From contig OZ024741.1 in the NCBI GenBank assembly GCA_964016885.1, positions 110,298,001 to 110,362,000 of the forward strand: DNA of 64,000 bases. The letters run 5' to 3'. The stretch is from Eledone cirrhosa. Its lineage: Eukaryota. Within the stretch, counting starts at the first letter, position 1, and each line of letters begins with the position of its first letter. Of the stretch, positions 1 through 13,094 are shown piece after piece. The notes beneath the pieces were generated by a model. The model was given only the letters and a program-made list of their open reading frames with translations. It searched no databases and had not been told where the DNA came from. The position numbers were made by a program, and so were the translations under genes.

Positions 1-9
1 TATTTATAT

Positions 10-56
<47 letters not shown>

Positions 57-284
57 ACAGAAAGAGAAAGAGAAAGAATTACATAAGTTATTCTATATGT
101 ATATGCAGAGTCGGATTGGGTCTAAAAATATTGGTTGCTATCATTTAATTTTTATAATGAATAAATAACATTTTCGAAAAATACATAAGCGGAAACAAAA
201 TAGTGCAATCAAATTTTTGCGGGAAAATACTTTACCTTCTCCAATAAAAAATATTGTGTATTTTGCGAAATCCAAAGACTTTCA

Positions 285-440
285 ATAATTGTTTCTACTT
301 TTGGCACAAGGCCAGCAATTTCCCAGTGTATTACTGGTACTTTATTTTATCGACCCCGTAAGGATGAAAGGCAAAGTTAACCTCGGCGGGATTTGAACTC
401 AGAATGGCAAGGGCCGTAACTCTATGCGTCAAAGCATGGC
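285..440 (-). mobile_element. tRNA-derived SINE (cephalopod-type), partial
   Basis: Minus strand reads GAGTTCAAATCC (B-box) ...GAGGTTAACTTTGCCTTTCATCCT...GTCGATAAAATAAAGTACCAG. The same body recurs at 17085, 18324 and 20041. Boundaries approximate. Confidence 0.75.
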
Positions 441-825
441 AATAATGACCAGAAGTCGGCCCTAAATATTACTAATAGCTCTCGGAAAGCCATGAACGAC
501 ACCCTATCTTTTTAACTTTGATTTTGAAAGTAGGTTTATAATTATCAATTTTACTTATACTTTTGTAGCTGTCTCGATGGCGGAGTTGGAGGAATCATAG
601 ACGGTGGTGATCGTGGTCTGAAGTTCGATTTTGGTCGGGAGTAGTGTTCCCGGTAAACGCTTTCAGTTTTTTTTCTATTGGTTGTAAAATAAAACAGAAA
701 AAGGTTACAAGTACCTCTTCACTAGGATTGAACCCAACACCAGGATCTCCCCCATCTCTAGTACCTACCGCTAGGCCACAGAGACAACTACGAAAATCTC
801 ATGAAAATTCATACATACAAACCTA

Positions 826-886
826 CTTATATTTGATATATATTTATCCTTATCGAGCCCTCTTTGGATTTTAGTCTTCACATTTA
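826..886. repeat. Dispersed repeat end next to (ATT)n/(TA)n, probably the terminal tail of a Penelope-like element
   Basis: TTTGATATATATTTATCCTTATCGAGCCCTCTTTGGATTTTAGTCTTCA recurs inverted at ~13571-13620 and partially at ~18731-18750. Confidence 0.6.
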
Positions 887-893
887 TTATTAT

Positions 894-1051
<158 letters not shown>

Positions 1052-1131
1052 ATGTATGTATGTATGTATGTATGTATGTATGTATGTATACATATATATA
1101 TTCATACATATGTATGTATATATATATATTA

Positions 1132-2134
1132 TCTACTTATATATATAACCAGCAATTTCTCTGTCTGTCTGTCCGACAGTGGAAACACGTGTGTAGAGAG
1201 AGAGTGAGAGTGAAAGAAAGAGACAGACTACGAGAGGGGGATAGCGGGAGGGAGAGAGGGAGAGAGAGAGAGTGAATAGACGCTAAAACACGTGCTACAG
1301 AAATATTACCTTCCCCTTCCTTTCTCCACTTTGGTACTACCAAGAGAAACACTGTCGCTATAGAAACATTACCTTCCCCTCTCCACTGACTTTGGTCGCT
1401 GAGGCCGAGGGAATCGCTGGTTGCTATAGAGACACCTTGCTCAAGCCAGAAGTAACCAGATCGAGGCGGTTCTGACTTGACACCATGCGAAGAAGGTTGC
1501 CATTGAATTTGTGGTTTGAAGAAGGTTGCCATTGAATTTGTGGTTGTTGCTGCTGATAATAAGGACCATTTGAAGAAGGTTGCTGCTGATGAGGTAATTT
1601 ATTAATCAGATTGCGCAGTTCCATAACCTACGTTTGATTTGTTCAATTTTTTTCTTCAATTTTTTTTGTTGTTTTTTTTTTATTTCTTATTGAAAAAATA
1701 TAAATAATAAAATAAGGTTAGAAATTTAAATATAATTAAATACGATTTAATTTCCATTTCCAGCAGCCAATGTCCAGTGTTCAATTTCATGAAAAAATTG
1801 GAAATAATTCAAAAAATTGAAGTTTAACTTTTGAACATTTGTTTTGACAATAAAAAAATATTTCCTTATTCACACCTAATGGTATGATTAAAATTTCATA
1901 GGAATATTTTTTTATAACCGCCAGTTATTTATTTTCTCCTTTTTCGTTTTAACATATATTTATTTCAAAGATTTCACCGTATAGATAACATATATATTTA
2001 TACATGCATAAAAGACACACCGAGAGACGGTGAACATGTGGTGCCGAAAACATTTCTCATCCAAATCTCAACAATATCAGTATATACACTAGATTTGCTA
2101 GCAGAAAACCGCCCACCGGGTGGTTTTCTGCTAG
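1132..2134 (+). mobile_element. Non-autonomous Helitron #1
   Basis: 5' end A|TC followed by TATATATATAA and (CTGT)n; 3' GC-rich hairpin at 2098-2134 ending in CTAG. Confidence 0.6.
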
Positions 2135-3052
2135 TCTATATATATAAAACTGAGGATGTCTGTCTGTGTGTGTGTGAGTTTGAATCCCTAAAGCTCAAGA
2201 ACCACTCAACCGACTGTTTTAAAACTTTACACATGTAATACTTATGTTTCATGGACTGTTCTGAGCAAAAACTTTCTAATTTTCAATGCCCTAGGGACCG
2301 CATTAGGCGATTTAGCGATCTCTCTCTATAATTCTTAGTCTTTCTCTTTTTAGATAGATACATACATATAACGTCGCACCCTTATAATATCTGTCTGTAT
2401 GTCTGCTGTCTGCATTACGTCACTTCCCTGAGGATGTCTGTCTGTGTATGTGTGTGTAAGTTTGAATCCCTAAGCTCGATAAGTACCCCACCAACTTTTT
2501 TCAAACTTTACATGTATATTACTTATGTTTCAGGAAGTGTAATGCACATAAAAAAGTCAACTTTTTGATCCCCTAGGGCCCGCATTAGTTGAAAAACTGC
2601 GTTTTTTCAGGTTTTTATGGGGTTTTTTGAGTCGTTACGTCAGACTGATTTCCTTGAAATTGTAACTATGTATTAGTCAGTCTCTTCTTCATACCGTGAG
2701 CAAAGAAAATCCAACTTGTTTATGGCCTAGGGCCTGCATTAGGTGAAAAATCTCATTTTTTCAGCTTTTTAGGGCTTTTTTGAGGCGTTACGTCTAGCCG
2801 ATTTTCCCGAAATTTCAAGGCATATTATGCACATAAAAAATCCATTTTCTTGATCCCCTAGGGCCTGCATTAGGTGAAAACCTGCTTTTTTCTGCTTCAT
2901 CGAGGAAAATCTTAAAGATTATCCAGCCATCAGAGTATTCGGTTTATTTTCTTTACATATTGTCTACGCATGGAGTTTTTCCACGATTAGGTCTGTTGGC
3001 GGCCCGCGTTCCAAAATACCTTATCCCGTGCAACACCGGGTACCACTGCTAG
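2135..3052 (+). mobile_element. Non-autonomous Helitron #2, abutting #1
   Basis: Starts TCTATATATATAAAACTG...GTCTGTCTGT and ends with hairpin CCCGTGCAACACCGGG plus CTAG|T. Internal ~150-bp degenerate repeats carry CCTAGGGCCYGCATTAG. Confidence 0.7.
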
Positions 3053-3083
<31 letters not shown>

Positions 3084-3129
3084 CAGGAAAGAAGGTTTAC
3101 ATGGTTTGCTATACAAAAAAGTTTTTAAT

Positions 3130-3246
3130 CACATAGCTTACATTTGTTTCACTGAACTGGTATGTCTAGAGATCGCTATTCGCTTAATTTTGCGTTACTC
3201 GATCGCCAATACAGAATTATAACCAGTCAGATCTTCGGAGCATGCG
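3130..3246 (-). ncRNA. Degenerate hammerhead-like motif (PLE remnant)
   Basis: Minus strand: catgct-CCGAAGA (U4C variant), long stem II ctgactggt/accagttcag, GAAAcaaatgTA, agctatg. Confidence 0.4.
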
Positions 3247-3398
3247 AGCATGAAGAAAATACACAGGCAAGAAAAGAAAAGAAAATACAGGCTACTATAT
3301 GAAGTAGTAATGGCATTCAATTAGAACAATACCATACCTGGAATACCATAACTGGACTTCACCTAAGTGGACTGCATTTAACTATTATTTGTTAATCC

Positions 3399-3456
<58 letters not shown>

Positions 3457-3506
3457 TATATATTATGTGTGTGTGTATCTATAATATATATATAGGAACA
3501 AGTATG

Positions 3507-3602
3507 ACCCCGACGGCAGAGCTCAAGCCGTTTCGACGGCTAATTCTGGACTAAATAAGAATTTTTAGCCTGGTAAATAAATAGCCGAACTTCTCAGGGG
3601 GT
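3507..3602 (-). ncRNA. Type I hammerhead-like ribozyme in the 3' pLTR (variant core CUGAGAA)
   Basis: ACCCC-CUGAGAAG, stem II CGGCUA/UAGCCG, UC-GAAA, stem III CGGC/GCCG, UC cleavage site, GGGGU. Confidence 0.6.
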
Positions 3603-4199
3603 AATTCCTTATATGGGAAGATAGTAATTGTCAAAAGGATTGGTCAAAAATTTGTTGTAAAGACAGATGATTCTGTCATGGCATTTGGTGGGAGGTAGGG
3701 GTAGCTGAACTTGCCGGTAGAACAAAGAGGGAGTGGGGGAAACCCAGCCAAGCGTTGAAAGTGAAATCTATACAGCAGATTCTAAGGATAGTGTATAGAA
3801 GGTCGAAAAAAGTGTACTGGAGGAGGGGGTGGAGGTTGAAAGAATAGGTAAGAAATTTAGAAATCACAGAAATGGAGCAGCAACCAGAAAGAAAATAATT
3901 TACTGGGGTCTAACACATCTGCTATAAAAAGCGTAATCGGCCAATTCTATCTTAAAATTAGGGGGCTGGGTGTACTGAGGCTACAGAGGACCGATGGGCT
4001 GCATCGGGGTAGGTGAAAAGGTGAAAAAAAGACAAGGAGGGAGATCTGGGGTGGAAGGACTAGGAAGAGATAGGGGGACGAAGGAAATAAAGAGGAAAAG
4101 ATAAAAAAAAGTTACGTCTACCTTTGTAAGCAGGGGTTACCCCTTACAAAATCGGCAATTGGGCTGTTTCAGCCCTTGTCTACCCCCCCCCCCCCCCCC

Positions 4200-6331
4200 C
4201 TCCCGGGTCATTATGGCGTTTGAGGGCGAGGTAAGTCCTACGCAATCTGTGTTTGCATGCAGTTACCAGTTCGTCTTTCTTGTTTAGGAGTTGGTCCTTC
4301 GAAAACAGCATTTGTAATGTTTCCTCCGAGCATAAGTTACACGGACGGCGCCCTCCCGTGTAAGAGTTAGCTCTGGACAGTAAGCTCCAAGTGAGATTGT
4401 AGGTTATATTATTATCTTTGAGGTCCCAGATGTGGCCCGAAAGTGTAGTGGTATGACGCCGGGCCGGGTTTCAGAAAGTATGACAGTGTAGGCAGAGCCG
4501 GGTCTTGAAGTCACAAGCGGTTAATCCTATATAAGCTTTGTTGGAGATGTCCGTCCTCACGTTGCACTGGTAGATCACATTACGATCTCGGCATCTGTTG
4601 TTGAGGGGTCAAAGGGATCTATCAGGACAGTTACACCTCCTGGTCGGCTCTCCACTGCTGTCTAGGTTATTTCTTCCATACGGGTTGAGTTTTTTGTTGT
4701 TTGAGGAGACGATGTTTTGTGCGAAGTTAGGTGTAGGAGAGTTTAATGGTGTTTTTGTTGATTATGTTGTGGTAGCGGTGTTGTAGTGGTAAGTGTTTTT
4801 CGATGAGCCTAAAGAAGATTTTCCCGATAGGTGTTGTCACCTCGGCATTGTGGGGAGGATTGAACCACGTTACGTTACGTGAGAGGCGGTGTCGCCTGCT
4901 GATTCCGCTAATGGAAGCTGGATAATAGGATATTTCCTCCCGGAAGGCACTCCGCTTGAGGGCCTGGTTGTAATAAGGCGCATGTTCGGCGAATATCTGC
5001 TCATTAGCGGACAAACGAGATATGCGGAGGGAGATGTTTTTAACCAGGTTATTGGTGATGTATCTAGGATGGTTCGACCGGCGGTGGATGTAATGCAGGT
5101 TGTCGTTTGGTTTCCTGTATGGGTAGTACAGATCATTATCGTGGTTAAGGGTAACGTCCAGGAAGTTTACTCGGGTTAGGGACGTTTGTAGGGTTATTTT
5201 AAATCCCCAGTCGCGGAAGAATTGTTTACGGACCCGGTCTGTACTACTGGGGTTGTACCCTTTGAGGGTAAGGAGCCCATCATCACGGTACAATCCACCG
5301 CCGAATGCAGGAAACATTTCAGTGAGTCTAAATAGTAGGAATAATCCTATAAGATCTGTGACATCAGCCGAATCCGTCGCGCCCATACTGACATCGAAGG
5401 GGGAGTCAGGAGCTCTCTTTATCCATTTGGAGTTGTCGAAAAGTAGGACTGTTTTCCTGGCGTGGAGGATGATATTTCTTTCCTGGTCGGTGATGGTCGT
5501 GAGTGTTTCGGCAAAGTCCAAAGCGGCCGTAAGGAGCGGTAAGGTGATTGATGCATAGTAACTCTCTATGTCAAACTGGATGAATTTTGCGGCTCGTTTG
5601 TCCTCCATATTGCTAAACCATGAGATTACTTCCTGGGTGTTGACCCATAGGCTAAGTCTCGCGTTTTGCTTAACTTTTGGTATAACGCGGTCTAGGATTT
5701 TTTTTACTGATTCTCCCTATGTCGGACTTCGTTGGGTTTATAAGCCTGATGGATGGTTTACGGTCGAAGTCGGATTTGTGGTCCTTCAGTGTGAAGTAGG
5801 GAGTCCTGGGTCTAGGGATTCAGAGCGGTCGGTGACCTCGAGGCTGGAGGTAATTTGTTGTCCATCTCGATTTATGTCCTCGATACTTGAATGGTTTGCC
5901 TTTTTATAGGTGGAGTTTAGGCTGCTCTTGATCAGTGTGTGGTATCTGTCGGGGTTGACGAAGTAGAGGTTTCCAGTTTTGTCCGAGTGCACCATGATGT
6001 CGTTGGTGTTTTCATACTCTGTTAATTTGGTACGGAGTTTTTGTAGGAATCTGTTTTGTCAGGGTTTGAATTTAATGCTCTTGACCAGTTGGAAAAGGTC
6101 ATTCTCAAAGGGTGAGAGTATAGGGTTCGGAGGGGGAGATTTGTAGGTATTAAATCCGAATCTCCCCTTGGTATCGAAGTCCTGACTGTCGCAATATCTG
6201 TCGTAGAAAAAAGTTCTCCATCTTAGTCTTTTCGCAAAGAGGTCGATTTTTTGCGCGAGCATCCGAAGGTAAAGTTTTCTCGGTGGAACTGGGATGTTCT
6301 TGGTGGAGAAGTCGATGTTGTGTTTTCGCAT
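4200..6331 (-). pseudogene. Disrupted PLE reverse transcriptase / GIY-YIG endonuclease ORF
   Basis: Motifs in order: MRKHNIDFSTKNIP, DKTGN, YFTLKDHK, RLINPTKSDIG, FDIESYY, MGA, YRDDGL, FLDVTL, YRKP, WFNPP, CNC-x5-*-PL-x3-C, VIY...YIG, CNLC. Broken by frameshifts (~5810, ~4730) and three in-frame TGAs. 3' end uncertain because of a poly-G run. Confidence 0.9.
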
Positions 6332-7068
6332 GGTGCGAGTGAAAAAACTTGAGCTTGGCGGAAAAGTCTGGATAAGGCGTGGTAGGGTCGGAAAGAGCTC
6401 TACTACGGAGATAGGAGCTAGATAACGAAGGAAATGTGGTAAGGAACCAGATGGACCATAACGCACCAAAGTACTCAATACTTAGGGTAGTAGAGTGGGT
6501 AATAGGAACAAGTAGTAGTATTTTAGTATTTTTGTTCTCAATTTATTAACCTGTCATTGTAAGATAGCATTGGCTGATTACTAACTAACTATAGCAGTGG
6601 TGTTAGACCCCCTGTAAAGCCGGCTTTATAAAATTCTTTCACTACAATCTCGTATGTAGTATTTTTCTCCATCTATTAAACTTTTCTATAGCTTAGCAAT
6701 ACCAATGAGAGATTTGGTGATTGTGGAAATGGAGTAGTAACCAGAAATTATTTTTTATATATTTATTTCCTTATTTTGATAATGTTTTTTTATTTACTCC
6801 CTTTCGATTTACCTATTCTTTCACCACCCCACCTCCCTCCCTCCCCTTCTCCAGTACACTTTTGTCGACCTTCTATACACTATCCTTAGAATCTGCTGTA
6901 TAGATTTCACTTTCAACGCTTGACTGGGTTTCCCCCACTCCCTCTTTGTTCTACCGGCAAGTTCAGCTACCCCTACCTCCCACCAAATGCCATGATAGAA
7001 TCATCTGTCTTTACAACAAATTTTTGACCAATCCTTTTGACAATTACTATCTTCCCATATAAGGAATT

Positions 7069-7164
7069 ACCCCCTGAGAAGTTCGGCTATTTATTTACCA
7101 GGCTAAAAATTCTTATTTAGTCCAGAATTAGCTGTCGAAACGGCTTGAGCTCTGCCGTCGGGGT
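7069..7164 (+). ncRNA. Type I hammerhead-like ribozyme in the inverted pLTR
   Basis: Stem I ACCCC(7069)/GGGGT(7160); CTGAGAA at 7074-7080; GAAA at 7137-7140; stem III CGGC/GCCG; GTC site at 7157-7159. Confidence 0.6.
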
Positions 7165-7381
7165 CATACTTGTTCCTATTACCCACTCTACTACTCTAAG
7201 TATTGAAAACTTTGGTGCGTTATGGTCCATCTGGTTCCTTACCACATTTCCTTCGTTATATATATATATATACATCACATTCACCACTAATTGATTTGAT
7301 AGATGTCTTTAACCCATTGATACCAAATATTATTTGGTCAGTAGTCCGTGTGTAAATATATATATATATATATATATATAT

Positions 7382-7586
7382 AGGAAAATGTTCAGGACCC
7401 GGCCGGCTGAGCTCAAGCCGTTTCTGGACGCCTTCATATAAATACAGTCCAGAAATAGCCGTCGAAACGGCTTGAGCTCTGCCGTCGGGGTTCTGAACAT
7501 TTTCCTATTACCCACTCCTACCCAAAGTATCGAGTACTCTGGTGCGTTATGGTCCACCTGGTTCCTTACCACACTTCCTTTGTTAT
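7382..7586 (+). mobile_element. Palindromic mini-derivative of the PLE pLTR
   Basis: AGGAAAATGTTCAG...CTGAACATTTTCCT inverted repeat plus an 80-bp tail matching 7179-7259, flanked by (TA)n. Confidence 0.8.
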
Positions 7587-7599
7587 ATATATATATAAC

Positions 7600-7682
<83 letters not shown>

Positions 7683-7744
7683 TGTGGGTCTGTGACTATA
7701 TATGTATACTGTATATATAGAGACAGATTGGGAGTTACCGGTCT

Positions 7745-7892
7745 AAACTAGTAAGACTATGTTCAGCTAAGTACTCAATACTTGGAATAGTAGAGTGTAT
7801 ATATTGTAAATAATTAGTTCCCGACGGCTAAGCTTGCGTTCTTTCGACGTGGGTTTAGCCGTCGGACATTAACTATTTACAATATATGTACA
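7745..7892 (-). mobile_element. Related palindromic PLE mini-element (diverged family)
   Basis: Inverted repeat at 7796-7892 with a tail AGTACTCAATACTTGGAATAGTAGAGTG similar to the PLE tail. Confidence 0.55.
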
Positions 7893-8075
7893 CACAACAT
7901 GTTCGCAAGATGCGTTCGTGAACGCGGCTCGTAGAGCAAATTCACGTAATTCAAGTCTATATTTCTGAAAAATGAAAAATGTTTAAACCACACGCGTTAA
8001 AACGCGTTATTCGCGAAAAGTGAATATTTAATATTTTTTCAGGAGGCGTTAAAGCGAACAGACTGTATTTATATG

Positions 8076-8262
8076 AAGGCGTGTGGTTGAGTGGTTAGAG
8101 AATTGGATTCTCAATCGTGAGGATGTGAATTCAATTCCCGGACCTGCTGAGGTGTTATGTCCTTGAGCAAAACACTACTCCTTCTACCTAGAGTAGCGAC
8201 AAATAGATAGTATTAGCAATTGGAAAGACCAATGGAAACATTATTTTTTCGGTCCGATTTGA
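8076..8262 (+). mobile_element. tRNA-derived SINE, family 2
   Basis: A-box TGGTTGAGTGG, B-box-like AATTCAATTCC, TCCTTGAGCAA; homologous to the copy at 14031. Confidence 0.7.
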
Positions 8263-8293
8263 TGTGTGTGTGCGTGTGTGTCTGCGCGCGCGC

Positions 8294-8337
<44 letters not shown>

Positions 8338-8338
<1 letters not shown>

Positions 8339-8532
8339 GGAACGAGTAGGACCCCGACGGCTGAGCTCAAGCCGTTTCGACGGCTAATTCTAGTCCAGAA
8401 TTAGCCGTCGAAACGGCTTGAGCTCAGCCGTCGGGGTCCTACTCGTTCCTATTACCCACTCTACTACCCTAAGTATTGAGTACTTTGGTGCGTTATGGTC
8501 CATCTGGTTCCTTACCAAATTTCCTTCGTTAT
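8338..8532 (+). mobile_element. Palindromic mini-derivative of the PLE pLTR
   Basis: Near-perfect ~50-bp arms AGGAACGAGTAGGACCCCGACGG.../...CCTACTCGTTCCT, the same tail ending CTTCGTTAT, in (TA)n. Confidence 0.85.
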
Positions 8533-8970
8533 ATATATATATATATATATATACAAACACGCTAGTTGGAACTTTATATACGTGTATAGCTTCATAATAG
8601 TTATTTTCTATCTTTAAAGAACATCGACAATAAATCGTATGTAGAACTTAAAACTAAGAATACTTTCCTATCGTAGTTTTCGACAGTGAGAGCATATTAT
8701 CGATTTTGTATGCTTTTTAGGTTTGACAACTGGGGAATATCAAATCATATATCACAGAATGACTGATCATAGAGTCACATAACTGAGTGAAATATCGTAA
8801 CATGAAACGACGTATACTGACATATCATATCTCAGCATCTACTGGAATACCATAGAAAGATATGTTGAGTTCGTGATGTAGGCACACGCACGCATGCACG
8901 CACGCACACACATATATATATATGTATATATATATTATGTAAACATGCATATATACATTATATATATATA

Positions 8971-9004
<34 letters not shown>

Positions 9005-9072
9005 CAGGGTGTACCAAAAAATATATACATACTTTTATTATAATGCTGTGTGTATACATATTTTGGGACACC

Positions 9073-9075
<3 letters not shown>
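9005..9075. mobile_element. Tc1-like MITE
   Basis: TIRs CAGGGTGT.../...ACACCCTG flanked by TA; a half copy lies at ~14904-14930. Confidence 0.7.
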
Positions 9076-9114
<39 letters not shown>

Positions 9115-9492
9115 TTAGATATATATTCAAATGTATGTATGTATGTATGTATGTATGTATGTATGTATGTATGTATGTGTGTATGTGTGTATGTATGTGT
9201 ATATATATTCAAATGTAAATTCTGTTTTCTTTATATCTTCCGTTTAATTCTGTTTCTATTTATTTTGACTTCATGTTTTGTGTTTATTTTTATGTCTATT
9301 TTTCCCGTCCTTTCATGCTCTTCCCGCTAACTCCCTCCTCATTCCCTCTGGGAGTTCCCCCCACCCCCACCCTCCTGATGAAGGATTTATGTCCAAATCT
9401 TCGTAACCCCCCCCCCCCCCCTAGTCTCACCAAGCGTGAAGCTAATAACACTTTGTACCATCGACTCCTGCGTTTGTTTCTTTGTCATTTCG

Positions 9493-9527
<35 letters not shown>

Positions 9528-10184
9528 AAATTAAGATAAATTAAATGAATTTAATCTAAATCAAAATTATGGGTGTCATGCCAGAAAGACATGCGCCATA
9601 TCACCCGGAAAATAAGCTCCAAGATTCTAACGAGTAGGTCCGAGCATTTTATAATAACTAGAAATTAATTAAGATATATATAAACATGAATTATCACAGG
9701 AGATAATTTTTACAAGTGTGTAACCACACATAGCTAGGTAGGTAACTAAATAAAGTTGACTAGAACTTCAAAAATAGATACCTTATAATATGATTAATCT
9801 TCCCTGTATATATTCCATTAAAGAAATATATTTCACCAATTAATCAGATGGTAAACCACGGAAGTGGAGATTTTGGATTTTCAACAAGGAAGAAAATTTC
9901 CAGCCACAGAACACACACACAGAAACAAAATGGCGTAGGACAGAAGAAAGGAAAGGCACAGAAACAAAGAAAGGAATCCCCAGTCACTGAAGAGGTCACA
10001 GAGTGTGTGACGAAAGGACTATGACTATATATAAACAACTATCTGGTTGTGGAACCAACCAACCAACCAGAAATTTATAAGTTTGTAGATTTGTAAATTT
10101 ATAAATTTATAACTATATAATAAATTGAAGTGAAAGCAACTGGTGCGTGTGTTTCTTATTGGCAACATGACCCTCCCAAACTAT

Positions 10185-10217
<33 letters not shown>

Positions 10218-10236
10218 CATACATATACATACACAC

Positions 10237-10293
<57 letters not shown>

Positions 10294-10385
10294 TATATAA
10301 GGAAAAATTGAACGGGAACAAAACAGAGGGGCAGAACAAACAAATGTTTATTAATTTTTTGATATTTTGGTATTTTTTGATACCC

Positions 10386-10436
10386 AGATTCCTGATGATT
10401 TCTAAAGAATGAAACAGTTCTAGTCCTGTAGAATCT
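10386..10436 (+). ncRNA. Type I hammerhead ribozyme (PLE remnant)
   Basis: AGATTC-CTGATGA-TTTC taaa GAAT-GAAA-CAG ttctagtc CTG-TA-GAATCT: all core bases and three stems present; a PLE-like tail (TATTGAGTAC) follows. Confidence 0.75.
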
Positions 10437-10552
10437 CATCTATATTAAAACTTTTATACTCTGCAATGTATTGAGTACCTTACTTACTGTGGTTACCTCC
10501 GATTCAACCCGGAATAACGTACTATATATATATATCTATATCTATATATATA

Positions 10553-10625
<73 letters not shown>

Positions 10626-10669
10626 GAAAATAGAGAAATTAATGTAAGCAAGAAGCCGACAGTAATTCA

Positions 10670-10717
<48 letters not shown>

Positions 10718-10955
10718 GTCTGAATCTTTGGTTTTCTTTTGGTTTGCTTTTATCCTACTATGTTGTTCACTTGTCCTCCTCGCTTTACGCGTTTTACTGG
10801 TCCCATAACTTTTTTTTAGTTATTGCTCGCACCAACCTGAGGTATATGATTTTTAATGCGATGAAATACCAATGATGGTTGGAAAATCACTGACGAGGGA
10901 CTATTTTTATCATATGTAACCCATGTGCAACCACGCAGTATTCTTCTTTCTTCTC

Positions 10956-11035
<80 letters not shown>

Positions 11036-11521
11036 AATATATTATATAAATATATATACGTATATATATTATATTTATATACATACAAATATATTATAAA
11101 TATGTGTGTGTGCATATATGTTTTATTATTTTTACCAGATTTAAGGCATTTTAAGGGCATTTTAAAGCAAGCAAGTGTACTAACATTCACATGAAGGGAG
11201 AGGTTGCTGACCTGTAACAAAAATGAACGGAAGCGGCTATTACTTTGCAATATCTTTCTATTAAGTAATGCGATAATGCCTCAGAATTACAATGCTTCAA
11301 AGTTTATATATTCGCATTACCTCAGCAGTTCAGCTGAAGCAAAAGAATTGAAACATTTAATGAGATTTTCTCATATTTCTCTTATGGCGGAAATTAATGA
11401 TTCCATTACATTGGACAATTTCAAATTTGGATTTCTTTGAAATACTAAGGAACCCCGTTACCCGTCCCACCAAATTTAAATGAAAGCTGTTAGCATGCGC
11501 CTCCATCTCCCATACTGCATT

Positions 11522-11557
<36 letters not shown>

Positions 11558-12189
11558 GTGTGTGTGTTGGTGTGTGTAAAAAATTCAACAAGAAAAAAAA
11601 AAGAACAATGCAGTATTGATATATATTTCTATTATTCTTGATACACTAAGAAAAGATTCGTAACGTTTTGGACGTAGTCCTTCATCGGAAGATAGAGTGA
11701 GAAAGAGAGAGAAGAAATAGGAAAATAGACGAGAGTAAGAAAAGAAAGAAAATGTATATACATATAATATATGTGTGTTTGTGCGTGTGTGTACTTATAC
11801 ATGTATACGTGTATATATATATGTGTGTGTGTGTGTGTAAAAGGTAAACAAAATCGGTACAGTGTATGGAAGCAATATATTGGGTTAACGCTTAGAATAG
11901 CAGGAAGAGGGTCTTAACATTTCGCTCTCTTTCATCAGAAAAAAAAATGAGAAATTAGAAAGTTTGAAGGCACGGGCAGGGTCGAATTGGAAAAGAATGT
12001 TTTTAGAGAAAAATAAAAGTTCCATTCATGTTGCCATCTCTTGGAAAGCTATATATATATATATTAAGAGTTGCCACAAGCTGGGTACTTTCACGAATCA
12101 AAATCTTTTGTGAAGTCAATGAAGGTGATGTACACAGGGTTGTTGAATTCTATTGATTTCTCAGTCGTGTGTTCAATAGCTAGGCGCTG

Positions 12190-13094
12190 ATCATAGTGCA
12201 GCTTGTGGCAACACTTAAAGAAAACCACAATTAACAAGAAATACATTAACCTACTGAAAGAAACTTACACCAACTCAACAGCAAATATCAAAAGAAATGT
12301 GGGAACTACGCGGTGTATAGACATATTGAAGGGAGTTAAGCAGGGAGATGTATTATCATCACTTTTTTTCTGTATCATTATAGCTGCACTTATCTACCAA
12401 ACTGAAGAAGAATGCCCCTCCTGTTATCAAATAAGAGGTCAAATCCTATCAAATCTTAGCTATGCAAACGATCTGACCATCATGAGTTACTCTAGAACTG
12501 ATCTGCAAGACTTTCTGAATGTACTGGCCAAACATGCACAAGAGGTTGGCTTACACATCAACAAAAACGAAGTATATAACAACTAATAAAAACAATGCCA
12601 AACTCCAATTCACAATCTATAACCAGCATGTTGCTCAAATTACAGAGTTTGTATATCTCAGTCACAAGCTATCATCAAACAACAATTGAATGGTTGCCGT
12701 GCAGCATCGCATCGCTTTGGGTTGGGCAGCTTTCAACAGAAATAAAGAAGTGCTAACATCAAAACGAGATTCTTATCATTTGAAGGCTAAGATCTTTGAC
12801 ACTTACACCCTAAAAGTTGTGTTATATGGTTTTGATTGGGTTAAGTGGACAACAAGGTCACTTCAGAAGCTCTCTACATTCCTGAACCACATCATGAGAC
12901 TTATGACTAACAAACTACTCAGCGATCAAATCTCTATCAATGAGCTATTCGGTATTACCAAGCTTAAACCAATTCCACCAGTTACCAAGTCAAGAGTATT
13001 TAAACTGTATGGTCATATCAAAAGATCAACTCGTGGTGTGAGTAAGTTATGCCTAGAAGGAGGGTTAGCCGGTAAGAGAAGCATTTGTCGATAG
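12190..13094 (+). pseudogene. Decayed non-LTR RT fragment (RTE-like)
   Basis: KGVKQGDVLSSLFF, LSYANDL (degenerate YADD), GLHINK, RIALGWAAF, LYGHIKR; frameshifted. Confidence 0.8.

Larger units (their letters stand above)
3494..7259 (-). mobile_element. Penelope-like element (probable Naiad clade) with inverted pseudo-LTR, inserted in (TA)n
   Basis: 3494-~3851 is the reverse complement of ~6809-7178, and 6422-6512 is the reverse complement of ~7167-7259. A disrupted RT + GIY-YIG ORF lies between; both ends abut (TA)n. Confidence 0.9.

Noticed and set aside
9719-10188. Possible solo LTR (TGTAAC...ATAACA with TATA and AATAAA motifs)
   Set aside because: No target-site duplication or second copy in the window, so it cannot be supported.
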